A stretch of DNA of 64,000 nucleotides from the NCBI GenBank assembly GCA_964202905.1, contig CAXNJO010000015.1, positions 1 through 64,000 of the forward strand, read 5' to 3'. Made by a program: the position numbers and the translations under genes. Source of the DNA: Polyangiales bacterium (lineage in GTDB: Bacteria > Myxococcota_A > Polyangia > Polyangiales > JADJQN01). Shown here piece after piece: positions 62,601 through 64,000 of this stretch; within the stretch, counting starts at the first letter, position 1; each line of letters opens with the position of its first letter. The notes below the pieces were generated by a model, which worked only from the letters and a program-made list of their open reading frames with translations, had not been told where the DNA came from and ran no database searches.

Positions 62601-63377
62601 ACGGCCGCCGCCGCGCTCCTCGCCGAGGCCCAAAACGCCCTGAAATCGGCCGAATCGCGCCGACCAGCGGAATCTCCGGAGGCGCTCGACGCGGCGATCG
62701 CGGCGCACGCGGAGCGTCGCGACACGGTCCAACAACGGCTCGGCGCAGACCGCCAACAGCGCACGCACGATGCCGCCCAACGCAGCCTGCGCGACGACAG
62801 GCAGCGCGAGCTCGACACGATTCGCGACCGCGAAGGGATCTGGGGCGAGCTCGCTTCGCTGATCGGCAGCAACGACGGCAGCTCGTTCGCGCTCTACGCG
62901 CAGTCGCTCGCCTTCGACTCGCTGCTCGCGTCGGCCAACGAGCAGCTCGCGCGGCTGCACCCGCGCTACGCGCTGCGCCGTCTCGAAGAGGCCGCCCCCG
63001 ACACCGCCGCCAAGAAGACCCGGACGACCACGCTGCTCGACATGGTCGTGGTCGACCGCGAGCTCGCCGACGCCATGCGACCGGTGTCCACGTTGTCGGG
63101 CGGCGAGCGCTTCCTCGTCTCGCTCGCGCTCGCGCTCGGGCTCTCCACGCTCGCGAGCCAGCGACGCAAGCTCGCCTCGATGTTCATCGACGAGGGTTTC
63201 GGCACGCTCGACCCGGAGACGCTCGGCACGGCGCTCAGCGTCCTCGATGCGCTCCAGGCGCGCGGCACGCGCGTGGGCGTCATCAGCCATGTGAGCGAAC
63301 TGAAGGAGCGTTTGCAGGCCCGCGTCGTCGTCCAGCGCCGCGGCGACGGCACGAGCACGCTGCGCGTGGAGGGGTGA
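59652..63377 (+). CDS. sbcC: Exonuclease SbcCD subunit C (Rad50 homologue)
   Basis: GPTGSGKST, LPQGQF, coiled coil with zinc hook CLVCGS, LSGGE, FIDEGFGTLD, ISHV. Confidence 0.96.
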   Translation: MKILSISLKNLASFAGEATLDFRTPPLCHAGVFAIIGPTGSGKSTILDALCLALYGNTPRANASNRAKILVEGDEGWTAQDPRHLMRRGADEAFASVLFEAESVVYEATWRCRRATRGARNLKDAELELRRGGEVIALAKKGVNEKVAELTGLDFESFCRSVLLPQGQFERFLTCDSKERSTLLEALTDPAGLYRGVSLLAHERGGAAKEQIQKAEEEMRRVVVLTDAERAELDARLAQHEAEATRAQEAHAAATEARARHAAIDAAAKNRADKRADTESCEAARVAAEPERRTLADARAAQPLRATGKRRDETAARAREAEGELARLVAALAQAHDAQREAAANQVVAAHTNNAERAALDALRPQLERARSLDADVARTAADLSTASASRASLECDARQIEAREAQRTAGDAALREARAAVEAWLSAHPEAAALAAQRGVWEAALDDYAQTNDALAKARTLRDALTEATARLAADAARAEAARADAERLASEARQAADEATQRADAHRAADARTQREAIGQREAGLDTLRVSLDRRRTDRHDSATRRDEANDAEAQRSAHDVARAALVAEVARLDAALEDANRAHALAQARASFDEHRRALVAGEPCLVCGSTAHPWADPTALPASEADEGARLKGELGAARESLRLCERALVEATQRAKGASEEAARLDARLAAALPALAAACAQLGLGTDPDTDTHAASVDALRATLTEQRVALDAATRSADDAEAAERAAKDHRDSRADALRAAAQGAAQATQRQHDAHAKAGLEAERIADFEVRIRQCEARAADALAAVPGAVAAFRADPRDRREAWSQLADAYGVQQATHARLADEARALESARVELDTARQVLDARRAPLETQIAALEARRETLGAERAALFAGRRADDVEREAKARVAACEAALAAATLAAARAQHDTTVLGARRDEHAKHLGEHRVQAEEAYEKHAGTLAALGLDEDEAARRLALGDDALAALQATLERLDSDATAAAALLAEAQNALKSAESRRPAESPEALDAAIAAHAERRDTVQQRLGADRQQRTHDAAQRSLRDDRQRELDTIRDREGIWGELASLIGSNDGSSFALYAQSLAFDSLLASANEQLARLHPRYALRRLEEAAPDTAAKKTRTTTLLDMVVVDRELADAMRPVSTLSGGERFLVSLALALGLSTLASQRRKLASMFIDEGFGTLDPETLGTALSVLDALQARGTRVGVISHVSELKERLQARVVVQRRGDGTSTLRVEG

Positions 63378-63506
63378 GCGGCGTCTACGCGTGAACCACG
63401 GATTCTCTGGAACCTTCCACAGGGGAATCGAGAATCCCATTCATCACGACTTCCCACAAACCACGTTCGATGACAGCGAATGGCCCTTGTCAGCGACGCA
63501 ATTGCC

Positions 63507-64000
63507 TCAATCCTCGCCGACGTACTCCGGATCGTCGTCGGCCATGCCGCACTCCATCTGGCAGTCCTCGAGGCGCGCCGCGCAGCGGGTGGTGACGCGC
63601 TGGCGCTGTACGTACAGACGCCCACCACCCGAGACGATCACGCGCTGGCGATAGCCGGTGCAGACGTCTTCGAAGTTCAGGCACGCATCGATGCAGCGGT
63701 TCAGCTCCGCGCGGGCGCGGGCGCGCTCACGGAGGGCCTCGGGATCGGTGGCCAGGGCAGCGTCGGCCGCGTCACGCTCACGCTGTTCGCGGAGGCGGAG
63801 CGCGATGCCGTCCATCACGTCGCCGTGCCGCGCGATGAGCCGCTCGACGAGGTCTTCGGGCATCGGCCGGCGGCGATAGGCCGCCGAGAGCGTCTGTTCG
63901 AGCGTGCGACCGAGCTCGTCGAGCGGCGCGCCCGGCAGCTCCGCGAGCGCGTCCACGCGGCGCAGCGTCCCCTCGACCGCATCGGGCGACGTCGTGCGCG
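63507..64000 (-). CDS. Hypothetical protein, 3' part (Cys-rich C-terminus); start probably outside the window
   Basis: Helical Ala/Glu-rich ORF ending CIDACLNFEDVC...C...C...C. Confidence 0.5.
   Translation of the reverse strand, partial: RTTSPDAVEGTLRRVDALAELPGAPLDELGRTLEQTLSAAYRRRPMPEDLVERLIARHGDVMDGIALRLREQRERDAADAALATDPEALRERARARAELNRCIDACLNFEDVCTGYRQRVIVSGGGRLYVQRQRVTTRCAARLEDCQMECGMADDDPEYVGED

Overview
Very GC-rich (roughly 70-75% by eye) chromosomal segment; the myxobacterial-type pfa order and the DAG-linker lipoproteins, TPR-TM proteins and FG-GAP proteins suggest a myxobacterium (Polyangiales-like, inference). Left to right: (1) a diverged ~775-bp direct repeat (Rpn nuclease 3' end plus a small membrane gene) bracketing a TPR / lipoprotein / FGE-C-type-lectin-fold cassette; (2) hypothetical, SDR and zinc-finger genes; (3) an iterative PUFA-synthase cluster (pfaD, pfaA with 3 ACPs, pfaBC, PPTase) and a Tat-exported intradiol dioxygenase-like gene, enclosed by two paralogous Gly-rich RRM genes that share a conserved structured 5' leader; (4) Hsp70-like, DEDDh exonuclease, lipoprotein, Ca2+/cation antiporter and Nudix genes; (5) a WYL regulator divergent from a PcfJ-like gene and a truncated metallophosphoesterase, with a twice-occurring palindromic operator; (6) TMEM43 and FG-GAP surface proteins; (7) a SWIM / MoxR / DUF2201 metallopeptidase-vWA / unknown operon divergent from a double-AAA ATPase and a recC-recB-recD-sbcD-sbcC block. 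About nine genes carry single-base frameshifts with otherwise intact motifs, most likely long-read indel errors. No rRNA, tRNA, CRISPR array, integrase or reverse transcriptase was recognised. All calls rest on motif recognition by eye; no searches were run.
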